From contig JAYGDX010000007.1 of the NCBI GenBank assembly GCA_046582655.1, positions 1 to 63,187 on the forward strand: a stretch of 63,187 nt of DNA. Direction: 5' to 3'. Source of the stretch: Candidatus Poribacteria bacterium. Its GTDB lineage: Bacteria; Poribacteria; WGA-4E; UBA9662. The notes beneath the pieces were generated by a model. That model was not told the origin of the DNA. It was given only the letters and a program-made list of their open reading frames with translations, and made no database searches. The position numbers and the translations under genes were made by a program. Positions 31,774-42,109 of the stretch are shown here, piece after piece (position 1 is the first letter of the stretch; every line of letters begins with the position of its first letter).

Positions 31774-32103
31774 ATGATTTATGAATTGCGAACCTATCAG
31801 GTTGTACCTGGGAAGATGAAAGAACTCAACAGGCGTTTTGGTGATATTACCATCCATTTATTTAGAAAACATGGAATCCAAGTTGTTGGTTTCTGGGAAA
31901 CAGCCATCGGTGAAGCTACCACCACGGAACTGGTCTACATGTTAGCCTTCGAAGATTTAGCCCACTATCAACGCGCATGGGACGCGTTTATCGCTGATCC
32001 AGAATGGCAAGATGCTAAGCAGAAAACCGAAGTTGATGGTCCTTTGGTAAACGTCGCCGGATCAAAGATTTTAGAACCAACCTCTTACTCTCCGATGCAA
32101 TGA
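31774..32103 (+). CDS. NIPSNAP family protein
   Basis: IYELRTY...PGK, F.ADPEW, L.PTSYSP. Confidence 0.92.
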   Translation: MIYELRTYQVVPGKMKELNRRFGDITIHLFRKHGIQVVGFWETAIGEATTTELVYMLAFEDLAHYQRAWDAFIADPEWQDAKQKTEVDGPLVNVAGSKILEPTSYSPMQ

Positions 32104-32120
32104 TTGTTTTGGTGTAGCAG

Positions 32121-32151
32121 ACACCTTCCACATCAATCTCTTGATGGGGTG
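32121..32151. terminator. Hairpin between the convergent NIPSNAP and kinase genes
   Basis: ACACC/GGTGT and CATCAA/TTGATG stacked stems. Confidence 0.4.
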
Positions 32152-32253
32152 TACAAAGAGCTAAGACCCCCCTTTCAATCTAATCACCTGTATAATAGGT
32201 ATCATACATAATCAAACACTCAGACTCTATTTTCACCACAAAATCTACTAGAA

Positions 32254-33696
32254 TTAATTGAAATTGTATCGGATGAAATTACGACTGGCATCTTGAATAT
32301 TATTAAATTCTCCGATGGCAACGGCAGAACTTAGCGCTGCTCCCACGGCGGCTTCCTCAGTATAAAGTGGGGTTGTCAGAGATGTCGAGAAGGAATCAGA
32401 AACTACATGACGTAAGAGTTGGTTTTCTCTGATACCGTTACCTGATCCAATCAGTGATTGACGAAGCTGGACACCACCGATCTCCTGCATCTCTTCGTAG
32501 AAAACCGTAAACTGCTCTGCTATCCCTTCAATCAAAGATCGAGCCATATGACCAATGGTGAGATTGGTTGTACTGACACCTTCCCATATTCCACGTCGAT
32601 CTGGCTCACGCCGAGATCCGGAAAAGATAGGTTCGCATCGTAACCCATCTGATCCAGCTGCAACTTCAGATGCCAATCGGTTTAGATCAGAGTACAAATT
32701 AGGAGTGTCATCTATTCCAAATACGGACGCCCCAATCTGCTGTACAAAGTCGCGTAATACACGGTATGATTTACCTCCGCACAAACCGGCACCAACGAGT
32801 AAAAAACCACTTTGCAGAAAAGGTCGGACATCGAGCTCGTGAGTTGGTAAATATTTATCAAGAAAGACGGAAACCTGACCTCCTGTGCCTATGTTGACCA
32901 ACAGACTATTGAGGTAATCCGATACACTACCAGCAAAACTGGCTTGGTTGTCACCACAAGCAACCGATACGGGTGTCCCGCTGGGAATGCCAATTATGTT
33001 TGAAGTTTCCTCGGATACGCTCCCTACTACCGTGCACGATGGCTTTATTTCCGGAAATTGGGTTACTAGTAGGCCCAATTTCCGAATAAGGTCTGCATCC
33101 CATGTTCCAGTTTGTAGATTAAAGACCCCTGCACTAGCAGCATTGGTTGGATCAGTGATAGGAACGATACCACACAGATGTCCGACTAAACAATCAGGTG
33201 CGAAACAGGAACTTGTGTTAGTAATTGATTCAGGAACGTTCTGGTGTAACCAAAAAAGCGTAGTTGCCATATAACCTGCGGACAAATGACAGCCGGTTTT
33301 CTCTAGATAATCTTGACCGATCTCCTGTATTGCTTCAAGATATGTCACCTCATCGCAGAAAAACTGGTTACAACGTTGATCCTGCCAGCCGATAAATGGT
33401 GAACAAGACACATTATCCTGATCAAGCAACACCATGCCGTGCATCTGCCCGGTAACACCAATTGCGTTGATATCCATCTGATTTGATTCATCCGCTAGAT
33501 CTGATAAGACACTATAAGCCAATTTTATCATCTGTTCGATATCCCACTCGGAATATCCTTTGACTTTATCCTCAGACGTTGTAATTTCCGAATCATTTGG
33601 AACGCTCCGATGCGACAACACGGCTTTCGATTCGGTATCAAGTATTAATCCTGAAATCGAAGTGGTGCCTAAATCGAGACCGATGTATTTTCCCAT
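32254..33696 (-). CDS. FGGY-family carbohydrate kinase (sedoheptulokinase/xylulokinase-like)
   Basis: IGLDLGTTS, GVTGQMHG, WQDQR, GDNQAS, NIGTGGQ, EEAAVGAA. Confidence 0.9.
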   Translation of the reverse strand: MGKYIGLDLGTTSISGLILDTESKAVLSHRSVPNDSEITTSEDKVKGYSEWDIEQMIKLAYSVLSDLADESNQMDINAIGVTGQMHGMVLLDQDNVSCSPFIGWQDQRCNQFFCDEVTYLEAIQEIGQDYLEKTGCHLSAGYMATTLFWLHQNVPESITNTSSCFAPDCLVGHLCGIVPITDPTNAASAGVFNLQTGTWDADLIRKLGLLVTQFPEIKPSCTVVGSVSEETSNIIGIPSGTPVSVACGDNQASFAGSVSDYLNSLLVNIGTGGQVSVFLDKYLPTHELDVRPFLQSGFLLVGAGLCGGKSYRVLRDFVQQIGASVFGIDDTPNLYSDLNRLASEVAAGSDGLRCEPIFSGSRREPDRRGIWEGVSTTNLTIGHMARSLIEGIAEQFTVFYEEMQEIGGVQLRQSLIGSGNGIRENQLLRHVVSDSFSTSLTTPLYTEEAAVGAALSSAVAIGEFNNIQDASRNFIRYNFN

Positions 33697-34290
33697 TGTG
33701 CGTATGGCCTTATTACAACTGGTAGCCTAATCTTAACTCAAAACATGAAATTCAGTTGACGTTTTTCGCTGTGGAACGATGACAACCCCAAATGGGCTAA
33801 CACGAACATCAAAGCAAATGTTATGGTAGTATAGATTATTGGTATTCGCTTCAGGGAAATCGAACAGCTATTTTGGGTAAAGACTAAAGATCCCCAGTTG
33901 TTTACGGCAACGGACTCCTCTCAAAAAAACCATAAACGATGGCGATTCCACCTGCTGTACTAACACCTTAGTGTGTTGCACTCGATGTAGTTCCTAAATT
34001 GGTTGCTCCGATTCTTTATCAAAGGCATCAGAGCAACCAGAGATCCAAAATGGTCATGTACTCCCTGTTAAACAATTAGTGGATTGCCAACTCTTGTCTC
34101 AAATGGTACTAGATGTATTGAGACAATAAATTGGCTTTGGGGCTATCATTAGCAAAGTGGAATAGGGTAAAGTGTTCCAGCAGCTATAAATTGACCGATA
34201 ACGTTCCCAACAAAAATGCGCACGTCAGGGCGGGAATGAAAATTGAAGGATCCATGAAATATTAAAACAATCTGTTATTCCCAATCTTTG

Positions 34291-35265
34291 TCAGCCAACA
34301 CCAAAAAGGGACTTCGCATTTTGATAATAGATTTTTTCTTTGTCCAATTCAGAAATTTTCATTTTATCAATGATTTCTACGAAAATTTGCGGGGAAACCC
34401 ATGGATGATCTGATCCAAAAAGTAGTCGATCTGATCCAGAAAATTCGTAAGCATATTCCAAGGCTTGTTGGGATGGTGAGGCAGTATCCAAGTAAACATC
34501 CTTCATATACATGCTAACGGGTTGAGTAATACTGTCTCTTGCACGCCCCAAAACTTCCGTTTGATGATTGATACGCCCCATCATGTAAGGCAAAACCCCG
34601 CCAGCATGAGGAATGACGATTCTCAAACTGGGATTCCGCTCCAAAACCCCACTCAGTATCAGACGCAACAGGGCAAAGCTGGTATCAATCTGAAATCCTA
34701 TCATCGGTATCATCGAATGTTCCATAATTTTCTCACCCCACGTTGGTACAGTTGGATGCAGTACAACCGGCATATCGAGGGTTGCCGCGTGGGCATATAT
34801 CGGTTCAAAATCGGGATCGTCAACTGGCCGACCGCCAATGTGCGAGTAAAGCATAGAACCACAAAACCCCAAATCTGTCTTTGCACGGGTCATCTCCCGA
34901 ATTGCTTCTTCCGGCAAATTCCAAGGGATAGAAGCTAATCCAGCCAAACGATCCGGGTGTTTCCGAGTCAATTCAGCAATGAAGTTGTTAACGGATTTTG
35001 CCCCAGCAACAGAAAGTTCCGGTACCAGCATACAAGGCCCAGGAATATTTGTGCTGACAAGTGAAATATCGATTCTGGACTCGTCCATTGCACTCAATTT
35101 CTGTTGTTCAGTGTATACTTCCGGCAACAAACGAAAGCTTTGAATATCACCATATGTGATCAGATAACTATCAGCATCTTGGTGAATATTTGGAGGAACC
35201 GGGTTTTGGGCCAGCACATCGATATATTCCTGTGGAAATACGTGACTTTGACAATCTATTCGCAT
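34291..35265 (-). CDS. Amidohydrolase-2 family (ACMSD-like) protein
   Basis: IDCQSH, VVLHP, PHAGG.LPY, LLFGSDHP. Confidence 0.9.
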   Translation of the reverse strand: MRIDCQSHVFPQEYIDVLAQNPVPPNIHQDADSYLITYGDIQSFRLLPEVYTEQQKLSAMDESRIDISLVSTNIPGPCMLVPELSVAGAKSVNNFIAELTRKHPDRLAGLASIPWNLPEEAIREMTRAKTDLGFCGSMLYSHIGGRPVDDPDFEPIYAHAATLDMPVVLHPTVPTWGEKIMEHSMIPMIGFQIDTSFALLRLILSGVLERNPSLRIVIPHAGGVLPYMMGRINHQTEVLGRARDSITQPVSMYMKDVYLDTASPSQQALEYAYEFSGSDRLLFGSDHPWVSPQIFVEIIDKMKISELDKEKIYYQNAKSLFGVG

Positions 35266-35357
35266 CAGAATTACCTGAAAATATATTATTTATCTGAGGT
35301 CAAGTAGATAAGATAACAAACTGTATTTGGTTATCGCGTGATCTTATATGAGTAATT

Positions 35358-36279
35358 TCATAGTTCCCAAGCAAGTGAGTAGTCACGTTGATCGATAGAA
35401 GGGTGACCACCTGGTCCATAACCACCATCAGCTTGAGATTCATAAGTTAATGGAACAAACGATTCGGTAATTGTATCTTTTCCAACATGAAAGCAATAAA
35501 ATCCCAGTCGCAGATCTCCGTCTTTCCACTTGTCAAGGTACTGAAGCAATACCAGCGCACTTGAAAAAACGAATACCGTCGATCTGGTAAACTGGGCGAC
35601 GGCAATGAATGTGCCCACTTAGCACCATATTTACCTTAGCAGCTTTTAAAGCCTCGAAAATACGTAATCGATGCGGAGGGTCAATAGTAAAGTACCAATT
35701 ATGATATTCATGTTGTTTGGTCAAATCCCACTTTGGTTCATTGATATGATCAATGAATAATGCGTAATGCATGGTCATAACGTGATGCTTGGCGGTTGTT
35801 AATCTTGGAAGTTCATCTTCAAGCCAATGCCACATCTGTTTTTCATGCGGCAAACCAGATCCAGCGCTGGCGGCGTAAAACCCGCTAAAACGAACATTCT
35901 TGTGGACAAACGACCAAGGAAACTGGCCAAAAAACTTGGAAAACCGATCCAATTGCTTAGCCGTTACCCCCAATGATGGATCATCTCGTCCCATCGCACC
36001 CTTAACGAGCGCATGTTTGTTACCGGTATCCATATTGCCTGGAATAGCATAGTATGGATATGAAAGCGTATTCAATTCCGATTGAATAGCTTCAAATTCA
36101 TAATCGTGTATTGCTCCATCCCTGGTTAGATCTCCACCGACCAGCAACAAGTCAGTCTTCACACAATTTAACTGATTAAAGGCAGTTTGCCAATTCTCCA
36201 TAAATCGCGGATTATAGCGAAATGATTTTGGCGACCCCGGCTGCATATCACAGATATGGGTGAAAGTCCACGGTTCCAT
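35358..36279 (-). pseudogene. Calcineurin-like metallophosphoesterase, frameshifted near 35540
   Basis: HICDMQ, GGDLT, PGNMD, LSGHIH; C-terminus continues in another frame (KWKDGDLRLGFY...GGYGPGGHP...WEL). Confidence 0.75.
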
Positions 36280-36467
36280 AGTAAATTTAATTGTAACAGC
36301 TTAAGACAAATCGTGGATTAAATAAAATGCATGACCGAGTCATAACGCTTTTTAAATACCAAATCAACAACGGGAAAAATCTCGTTCAATTAATGGATTC
36401 GTAGTCATACAAATCCCATTTTGGCACGCCGTGCCTGCTATTAGGTGAGCTTGGTTGATGTTTTTCC

Positions 36468-36503
36468 TTACGAATACATTTCTATTTACGAATACATTTC
36501 TAT
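36468..36503. repeat. 18-bp tandem duplication TTACGAATACATTTCTAT x2
   Basis: Exact direct copies at 36468-36485 and 36486-36503. Confidence 0.9.
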
Positions 36504-37057
36504 TTTGCTTCTCAGAGATTTATTTGTCAATACTTAGATCCAAGCTAAAGGAATTCCAACACCGAAAAGACTTAGTGTAAAAGAAGCTAAATAAACCAAA
36601 AAATTCCACCAGTTGCCGCGGCTATCCCGAGTTTGAAATTCTCGGTCGCTTGAATCCAGCCACGTTTATGTGCCTTTAGAACAAAAGTGCGAGAAAATAA
36701 TAAAGATGTATTGTGTGTGGAAAAAAAGAAAGAATGAGAGGTAAGTTCAGTTGCATAAAAGTGGAAAAAGCTAAAATTTTCACCAGGAATAAAGGCTGAA
36801 AAAGTGACCGGAAAAACCTTGTATTCGTGTTGCATAGAGCCTTGAATACTTGCAAAATCACAAACTGTAAGTTAGATTGAAAAATAAAAGGATTCAGGGC
36901 TTGCCCGGAGAGAATGTTGTTGTTTCGAAAGAAAACTGAGTTGTTCTCAAGCTTAATCTGCCGTCCGAACATATTTAGTAAATCGTGTTTACCAGTTAAT
37001 GAAAAGTTAAATTACACAAAACTCGAATGATAATCATCCTCAAGGTCAAAATTCAAT

Positions 37058-38221
37058 ATGAAAATTATCGATTTCAAAGAAACTAACGTCCCCATTAGTT
37101 CTAATATCCAGAATGCCTATATTAATTTCAGCCACATGGATGTCAGTTTGCTAGCATTGGTTACAGATATCAAAAGGAACGGGAAGCCAATTGTTGGTTA
37201 TGGATTCAACTCCAACGGCCGCTATGCACAAAGTTGGCTATTAAAGGAACGCTTCCTCCCACGACTAAGTCAAGCCTCTCCAACCGAAATATTGAATGAT
37301 GAAGGTAACAATTTTGATCCATCCAAAATATGGGATATTTTGATGACGAACGAAAAACCTGGTGGGCATGGTGAACGTTCTGTGGCTGTGGGGATAATTG
37401 ATATGGCAATGTGGGATCTCGTGGCTAAGATCGAAGAAAAACCACTTTATCAACTGCTATCGGAACGTTACAACAATGGCAACTATGATTCCAAAATATT
37501 TGTTTACGCCGCCGGCGGGTATTATTATCCAGGCAAGGATTTACTGCAATTGGAAAACGAAATCAAACGTTACTTAGATCTTGGTTTCACTGTGGTAAAG
37601 ATAAAAGTTGGTGGTGTTTCTTTAAAAGAGGATTTGCAACGAATTGACAAAGTGCTTTCTCTACTTGGAAAGGATCAGAAACTGGCAGTGGACGCCAACG
37701 GCAGGTTCGACTTGGAAACCGCCAAAACCTATGCTGAGATGTTATCAGAATTTGATTTAATGTGGTATGAAGAAGCCGGAGATCCTCTCGATTTTGAAAT
37801 GCAAAGAGAACTTTGTCAATACTATGATGGGGCCATGGCAACGGGAGAAAACTTGTTTTCATTTCAGGATACGCGGAATTTAATCCGATATGCGGGACTC
37901 AGACCGGAAAAGGATTTCCTGCAATTTGATTGCGCCTTGAGCTATGGGTTGGTGGAGTATCTGAGGATTTTAGAGATGCTGAAAGCACACAACTGGTCGT
38001 TGCGACGCTTAATACCACATGGAGGACATCAGCTATCTTCACATATTTGTGCTGGATTAGGTCTTGGCGGCAACGAGGCTTACCCGGAAGTTTTCACACC
38101 ATTCGGTAATTTCCCCGACAATTATATTGTGGAAGATGGGTATATCCGACTAACAGAAACGCCTGGAATTGGATTTGAAAACATATCCGAACTTTATCAA
38201 CTAATGCAAGATCTAGCCTAA
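37058..38221 (+). CDS. tarD: Enolase superfamily, D(-)-tartrate dehydratase-like
   Basis: PISS.I.NAYI.FS.M, GYGFNSNGRY, MTNEKPGGHGERSVAVG, VYAAGGYYYPGK, QFDCALSYG, PHGGH. Confidence 0.75.
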   Translation: MKIIDFKETNVPISSNIQNAYINFSHMDVSLLALVTDIKRNGKPIVGYGFNSNGRYAQSWLLKERFLPRLSQASPTEILNDEGNNFDPSKIWDILMTNEKPGGHGERSVAVGIIDMAMWDLVAKIEEKPLYQLLSERYNNGNYDSKIFVYAAGGYYYPGKDLLQLENEIKRYLDLGFTVVKIKVGGVSLKEDLQRIDKVLSLLGKDQKLAVDANGRFDLETAKTYAEMLSEFDLMWYEEAGDPLDFEMQRELCQYYDGAMATGENLFSFQDTRNLIRYAGLRPEKDFLQFDCALSYGLVEYLRILEMLKAHNWSLRRLIPHGGHQLSSHICAGLGLGGNEAYPEVFTPFGNFPDNYIVEDGYIRLTETPGIGFENISELYQLMQDLA

Positions 38222-38339
38222 CTAAACTAACAGATAAAGATTGATAAAGTAAACTATCAAAAGGAATCCGGTTGTTTTTTACTGTCAAAACTCTTATATT
38301 CGGATGATATAATTCATGACATAAAGAAGGAGTCTCTTA

Positions 38340-39818
38340 ATGCGTATCGCCTTCGGTTGCATCGGACACGAAACAAACACATTTTCATCTGTGCCAACCT
38401 CAATTAACAGCTTTAAAAAAGGATCGTACTATGTTGGTGAAGAAATAATTTCAGCATTTAGTCACACCAGCACTATTACTGGAGGATTCATTGAAAATGC
38501 AAAAAAATTGGGGATGGAACTTGTCCCGCTTTTATGGACTTTTGCCACACCTTCCGGCATGGTCGATCAAAATGCTTATCAGATACTTAAAAATGAATTC
38601 CTTAATCTACTACGTGATGCGAGAGAGATTGATGGGGTTTTGTTAGATCTGCATGGAGCAATGGTGACTGAGCAGATCGAAGATGCCGAAGGAGATCTGA
38701 TCCAGGCAGTACGTGAAGTCGTCGGAGCACTGCCGATTGTGACAACCTTGGATCTTCATGCCAACATAACACCTGAGATGGCGGAATATGCTGAAGTAAT
38801 TATCGGGTTCGATACTTATCCGCACGTTGACTGTTATGACCGTGGCCTTGAAGCGGCAGAAGTAATGTCAGCTATAGTTCAAGGACAAATCCACCCTAGG
38901 ATGGCCTACCGTCAACTACCATTTTTGACCTCTCCACCGGCACAATGCACCATGAAACCGTTGATGAGCGAGGTACTAGAGCGACTTTACGCACTCGAAG
39001 CCCAGTCTGAGGTGGTGACAGCCACGCTGTCAATGGGGTTTCCATTTGCCGATATTCGTCATGCTGGAGTTTCTGTCTTGGTAACAACAAACGGAGATCA
39101 ACAACTAGCTGAGCAACATGTTGATGAATTTGCGAGCTATATCTGGGAAATACGCCAAGCCTTTAATCTGAATCTGGTATCTGTTGAGCAGGCAATTGAA
39201 CAAGCAAACAATACGAAAGAGAAACCCATTATCTTGGCCGAAGGTTCGGACAATCCGGGTGGCGGCGGGCCGTGCGATGGAACAATAATTCTAAATACAT
39301 TGATCAAAAATCAAGTGGAGGGGGCTGTTATCGCTGTAATTGCCGACCCAGAGTCTGTCGATCTAGCTATTCAGGCTGGTGTTGGAAACAGTGTCGACCT
39401 CAACGTTGGAGGTAAAACAGATCCTCTGCACGGTAATCCTGTTTCCTTGACCGGTTATGTCAAAACAATTTCGGACGGTAACTTTGTGCATAAAGGGCCG
39501 ATGGGGCAGGGCAGGCCCGGCCGAATGGGAAAAACAGTTGTCATTGAGGCTAATGGCATTGAGATTATTCTGACGGAAAAACGAATTCAACCCTATGACG
39601 CAGAAGTCCTTCGTAGCGTAGGGATTGAACCTACTGATAGAAGACTAATTGTCCTGAAATCTGCAGTTCATTTTCGTGCTGACTATACGCCTATTGCGCA
39701 TCAGATCTTGGAAGTGGATACACCTGGTGTTCACAGTCCAGATCTGTTCAGCTATGACTATCACAGGCTCAGACGGCCGATTTATCCTTTAGATCTAGAT
39801 ACCGCTTGGAGTACCTAG
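38340..39818 (+). CDS. M81 family metallopeptidase (MlrC-like)
   Basis: HETNTFS, LDLHGAM, LDLHAN, YPHVD, DNPGGG, KSAVHFRA. Confidence 0.9.
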   Translation: MRIAFGCIGHETNTFSSVPTSINSFKKGSYYVGEEIISAFSHTSTITGGFIENAKKLGMELVPLLWTFATPSGMVDQNAYQILKNEFLNLLRDAREIDGVLLDLHGAMVTEQIEDAEGDLIQAVREVVGALPIVTTLDLHANITPEMAEYAEVIIGFDTYPHVDCYDRGLEAAEVMSAIVQGQIHPRMAYRQLPFLTSPPAQCTMKPLMSEVLERLYALEAQSEVVTATLSMGFPFADIRHAGVSVLVTTNGDQQLAEQHVDEFASYIWEIRQAFNLNLVSVEQAIEQANNTKEKPIILAEGSDNPGGGGPCDGTIILNTLIKNQVEGAVIAVIADPESVDLAIQAGVGNSVDLNVGGKTDPLHGNPVSLTGYVKTISDGNFVHKGPMGQGRPGRMGKTVVIEANGIEIILTEKRIQPYDAEVLRSVGIEPTDRRLIVLKSAVHFRADYTPIAHQILEVDTPGVHSPDLFSYDYHRLRRPIYPLDLDTAWST

Positions 39819-39984
39819 TCACCTTACCTTCTCGTCGTATCAAGATTCATTTTGATCCGCTGATAGAAGATTCGCTGTACCACTATTCACAAGAGTGGAC
39901 CGCCGTGACATATGTATTATGTTTTTTCTACGTTTCTCGTTTCTGACACCCTAAAACTCGATATAATCCCTTCGTTTTTTGTGG

Positions 39985-40812
39985 TCAAGCCCACACGTAG
40001 ATCTCGTCATCGTCCGGCGACATGGCAAAGAAAATGGCCAGCACAATTCGGGGACGCTCACCGATGATGTGGGGCACTTCGTGAATATTCTCTGAAAAGA
40101 AGAAATACAAATCACCTGGCTCCAAATCAATCTGGACACGCTCAATTTTCTTCTCGTCGACGTACTGGCGGAATTTCTCTCCGCTGAGCTGTTCCTGAAT
40201 AGCGGAGCTCCAAGGGCAATTGTAGAGGAAGGGCTCACCGCCTTCTCCATCGCTGTCCGAGTTTTGGAAACAGAGCACACCGGCGAATTGGTGTTCAAAA
40301 CGCGAGACTTGATAATCAAATGCTTTGGTCCGTTTGGCCACTGAATCATAGTGGGGACCATGCCCGAGTTCGGCATAATACGCACGGAAGATGGCTGGTC
40401 CATAGAGTTGGCCATCCGGCTCGCGTGCTGTCTTCACTTCCTTGTCTGTTGCCAGTTTTTCCAGGGTTTCGTACATTGTCTGTACTGGATCGTCGTACCC
40501 CTCGAACAGGGTACTGAAAAGCCCCAGTGTCTGGCATGAATGAGCGAAGAATTTTGCCCGATCCGCCCGGTGCTTCCCGAAACTGGTGCCAATATCTACC
40601 CGGTGGGGACGACCCGTTCCGTGTGGATTGTACAGTAGTCCTCGCTCGTAGAAACGGTCGATGAGCGAGCTACAATGCTTGGGCTTGTATGCTCCTCGTA
40701 ATACTAGTGCCGGCACTTCTCCTTGTGCCAAGGCAATCAGGGGAAGGGGGAATTGCTGTTGGATTTCTGCAATATCACCCTCGAAAGGTTTCCAGGTTTT
40801 TAGCGTTTTCAT
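39985..40812 (-). CDS. 2OG-Fe(II) oxygenase-like protein
   Basis: PHYDS (HxD), GDLYFF...IHEV...R. Confidence 0.65.
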   Translation of the reverse strand: MKTLKTWKPFEGDIAEIQQQFPLPLIALAQGEVPALVLRGAYKPKHCSSLIDRFYERGLLYNPHGTGRPHRVDIGTSFGKHRADRAKFFAHSCQTLGLFSTLFEGYDDPVQTMYETLEKLATDKEVKTAREPDGQLYGPAIFRAYYAELGHGPHYDSVAKRTKAFDYQVSRFEHQFAGVLCFQNSDSDGEGGEPFLYNCPWSSAIQEQLSGEKFRQYVDEKKIERVQIDLEPGDLYFFFSENIHEVPHIIGERPRIVLAIFFAMSPDDDEIYVWA

Positions 40813-40937
40813 CTCGGCAAAATATTATTTGTATTTGTTGTTTTTTTTCATTTCTCTGTTTATCTTTACCGGAATAGGAGAAGATGCGTCCGGCATATAA
40901 GTTGCCCTTTGAGCCTCAAGTTGCGACATTTACTTTG

Positions 40938-41006
40938 GCATTCTATCACGATTGCTGTGTCGGGGTAAAGAAGTGGGTTCGATGACAGTAATTGGTTGTG
41001 AAAAAT
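40938..41006. repeat. Dispersed ~69-bp imperfect repeat, copy 1
   Basis: GCATTCTATCACGATTGCTGTGTCGGGGTAAAGAAGTGGGTTCG... aligns without gaps to 46869-46937. Confidence 0.8.
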
Positions 41007-41063
41007 AGTGAGGATGGCTGCCATAAAGGTGAAGGCTCACCTCGTAAGTCAGATCCTCAGTGT

Positions 41064-41235
41064 TCATCTCAAGAGCGACAGGATGTTCTGCGATAATGCA
41101 CTGGACTGAGCCAGCATGGCAGTACCTGATTGGCTAAGATCTGGTTCTTAGCTAATTCAGCTGCATCGGAAAAGTCGGTTTCCTGTATGCTGGAATGTAA
41201 GGCTTCAATATTTTGTTGACTAGCCGGTTAGACAT
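41064..41235 (-). pseudogene. fliC: Flagellin C-terminal domain relic
   Basis: Manual translation SQQNIEALHSSIQETDFSDAAELAKNQILA/QSGTAMLAQSSALSQNILSLLR* (one frameshift in this stretch) fits the flagellin D0/D1 C-terminal consensus. Confidence 0.8.
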
Positions 41236-41356
41236 ATGGGAACTAAATTATAGCATTTTAGAAAGGAGTTGATAAAATCTGAATTATGTGGTGTTATTGA
41301 TTGAATAATCTGCAACTATTAAGTAACGAATGCTAAAAATGCAAGGAGAGGGACCA

Positions 41357-42097
41357 ATGAGAAAACTCGAAAATAGAATTGCTATTGTCACTGGTGCAAG
41401 CCAAGGTATTGGAAAGGCAATTGCACTTGCCTTTGGTCAACAAGGAGCTAAAGTCGTTGTTACTGCCCGCACAACGGATGCAATTGAAGCCGTAGCTAAT
41501 CAACTGAGAGAAATAGGCACAGAAGCTCTCGCTATAACTGCGGATCTGAGTGTTGAAACAGACATTAGACGTATTGCTGAGGAAACAGTAAAAAGATTCG
41601 GAGGCACTGATATACTTGTTAACAACGCTGCTATCATTCACCCACGACTTGATCTGGTAGACTTCAACGCCAATTTATGGCGACAAGTCATCGACGTAAA
41701 TCTAATCGCACCGGCGTTGCTTACAAAAGCTGTGTTGCCTTCCATGATTAATAATCGGTTCGGAATGATTCTCAACATTTCAAGTATCGGTGGGCGAAAG
41801 GGTAGCAAGGGACGTAGTGCATATCGAGCGACAAAAGCAGGATTGATCAGCCTAACCGAGAGTGTCGCTGCCGAAGTGAAGCCATACGGCGTTGATGTGA
41901 ACTGTATTTGCCCAGGTGGTGTTGATACGGAGGGATTTCGGGAGGCATTCGACAGCCAGGGCAGAGAGCAAGACCCGAAACTGATGCGCCCCGAAGAAAT
42001 TGCAGAACTTGCTGTATTCATGGCATCAGATGCGAGTTCAGCAATTACTGGTGCCGCCATTGATGCCTTTGGCGGAACCAATCCTCTGTTCAGCTAA
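41357..42097 (+). CDS. SDR family oxidoreductase
   Basis: TGASQGIG, LVNNA, YRATK, CPGGVDT. Confidence 0.92.
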   Translation: MRKLENRIAIVTGASQGIGKAIALAFGQQGAKVVVTARTTDAIEAVANQLREIGTEALAITADLSVETDIRRIAEETVKRFGGTDILVNNAAIIHPRLDLVDFNANLWRQVIDVNLIAPALLTKAVLPSMINNRFGMILNISSIGGRKGSKGRSAYRATKAGLISLTESVAAEVKPYGVDVNCICPGGVDTEGFREAFDSQGREQDPKLMRPEEIAELAVFMASDASSAITGAAIDAFGGTNPLFS

Positions 42098-42109
42098 GGT
42101 GGAGGCAGC

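Noticed and set aside
33780..34256. Possible plsY relic on the minus strand (AFLLGT, IGATN, KGVSTAGG)
   Set aside because: Motif spacing does not fit PlsY and there are many stops; may be chance.
3205..36503. Similarity between the two short tandem duplications (ACGAA...TACATT)
   Set aside because: Too short and AT-rich; independent slippage events are sufficient.
36587..36972. Two overlapping minus-strand ORFs as real genes
   Set aside because: No RBS or domain recognised; at most a decayed fragment.
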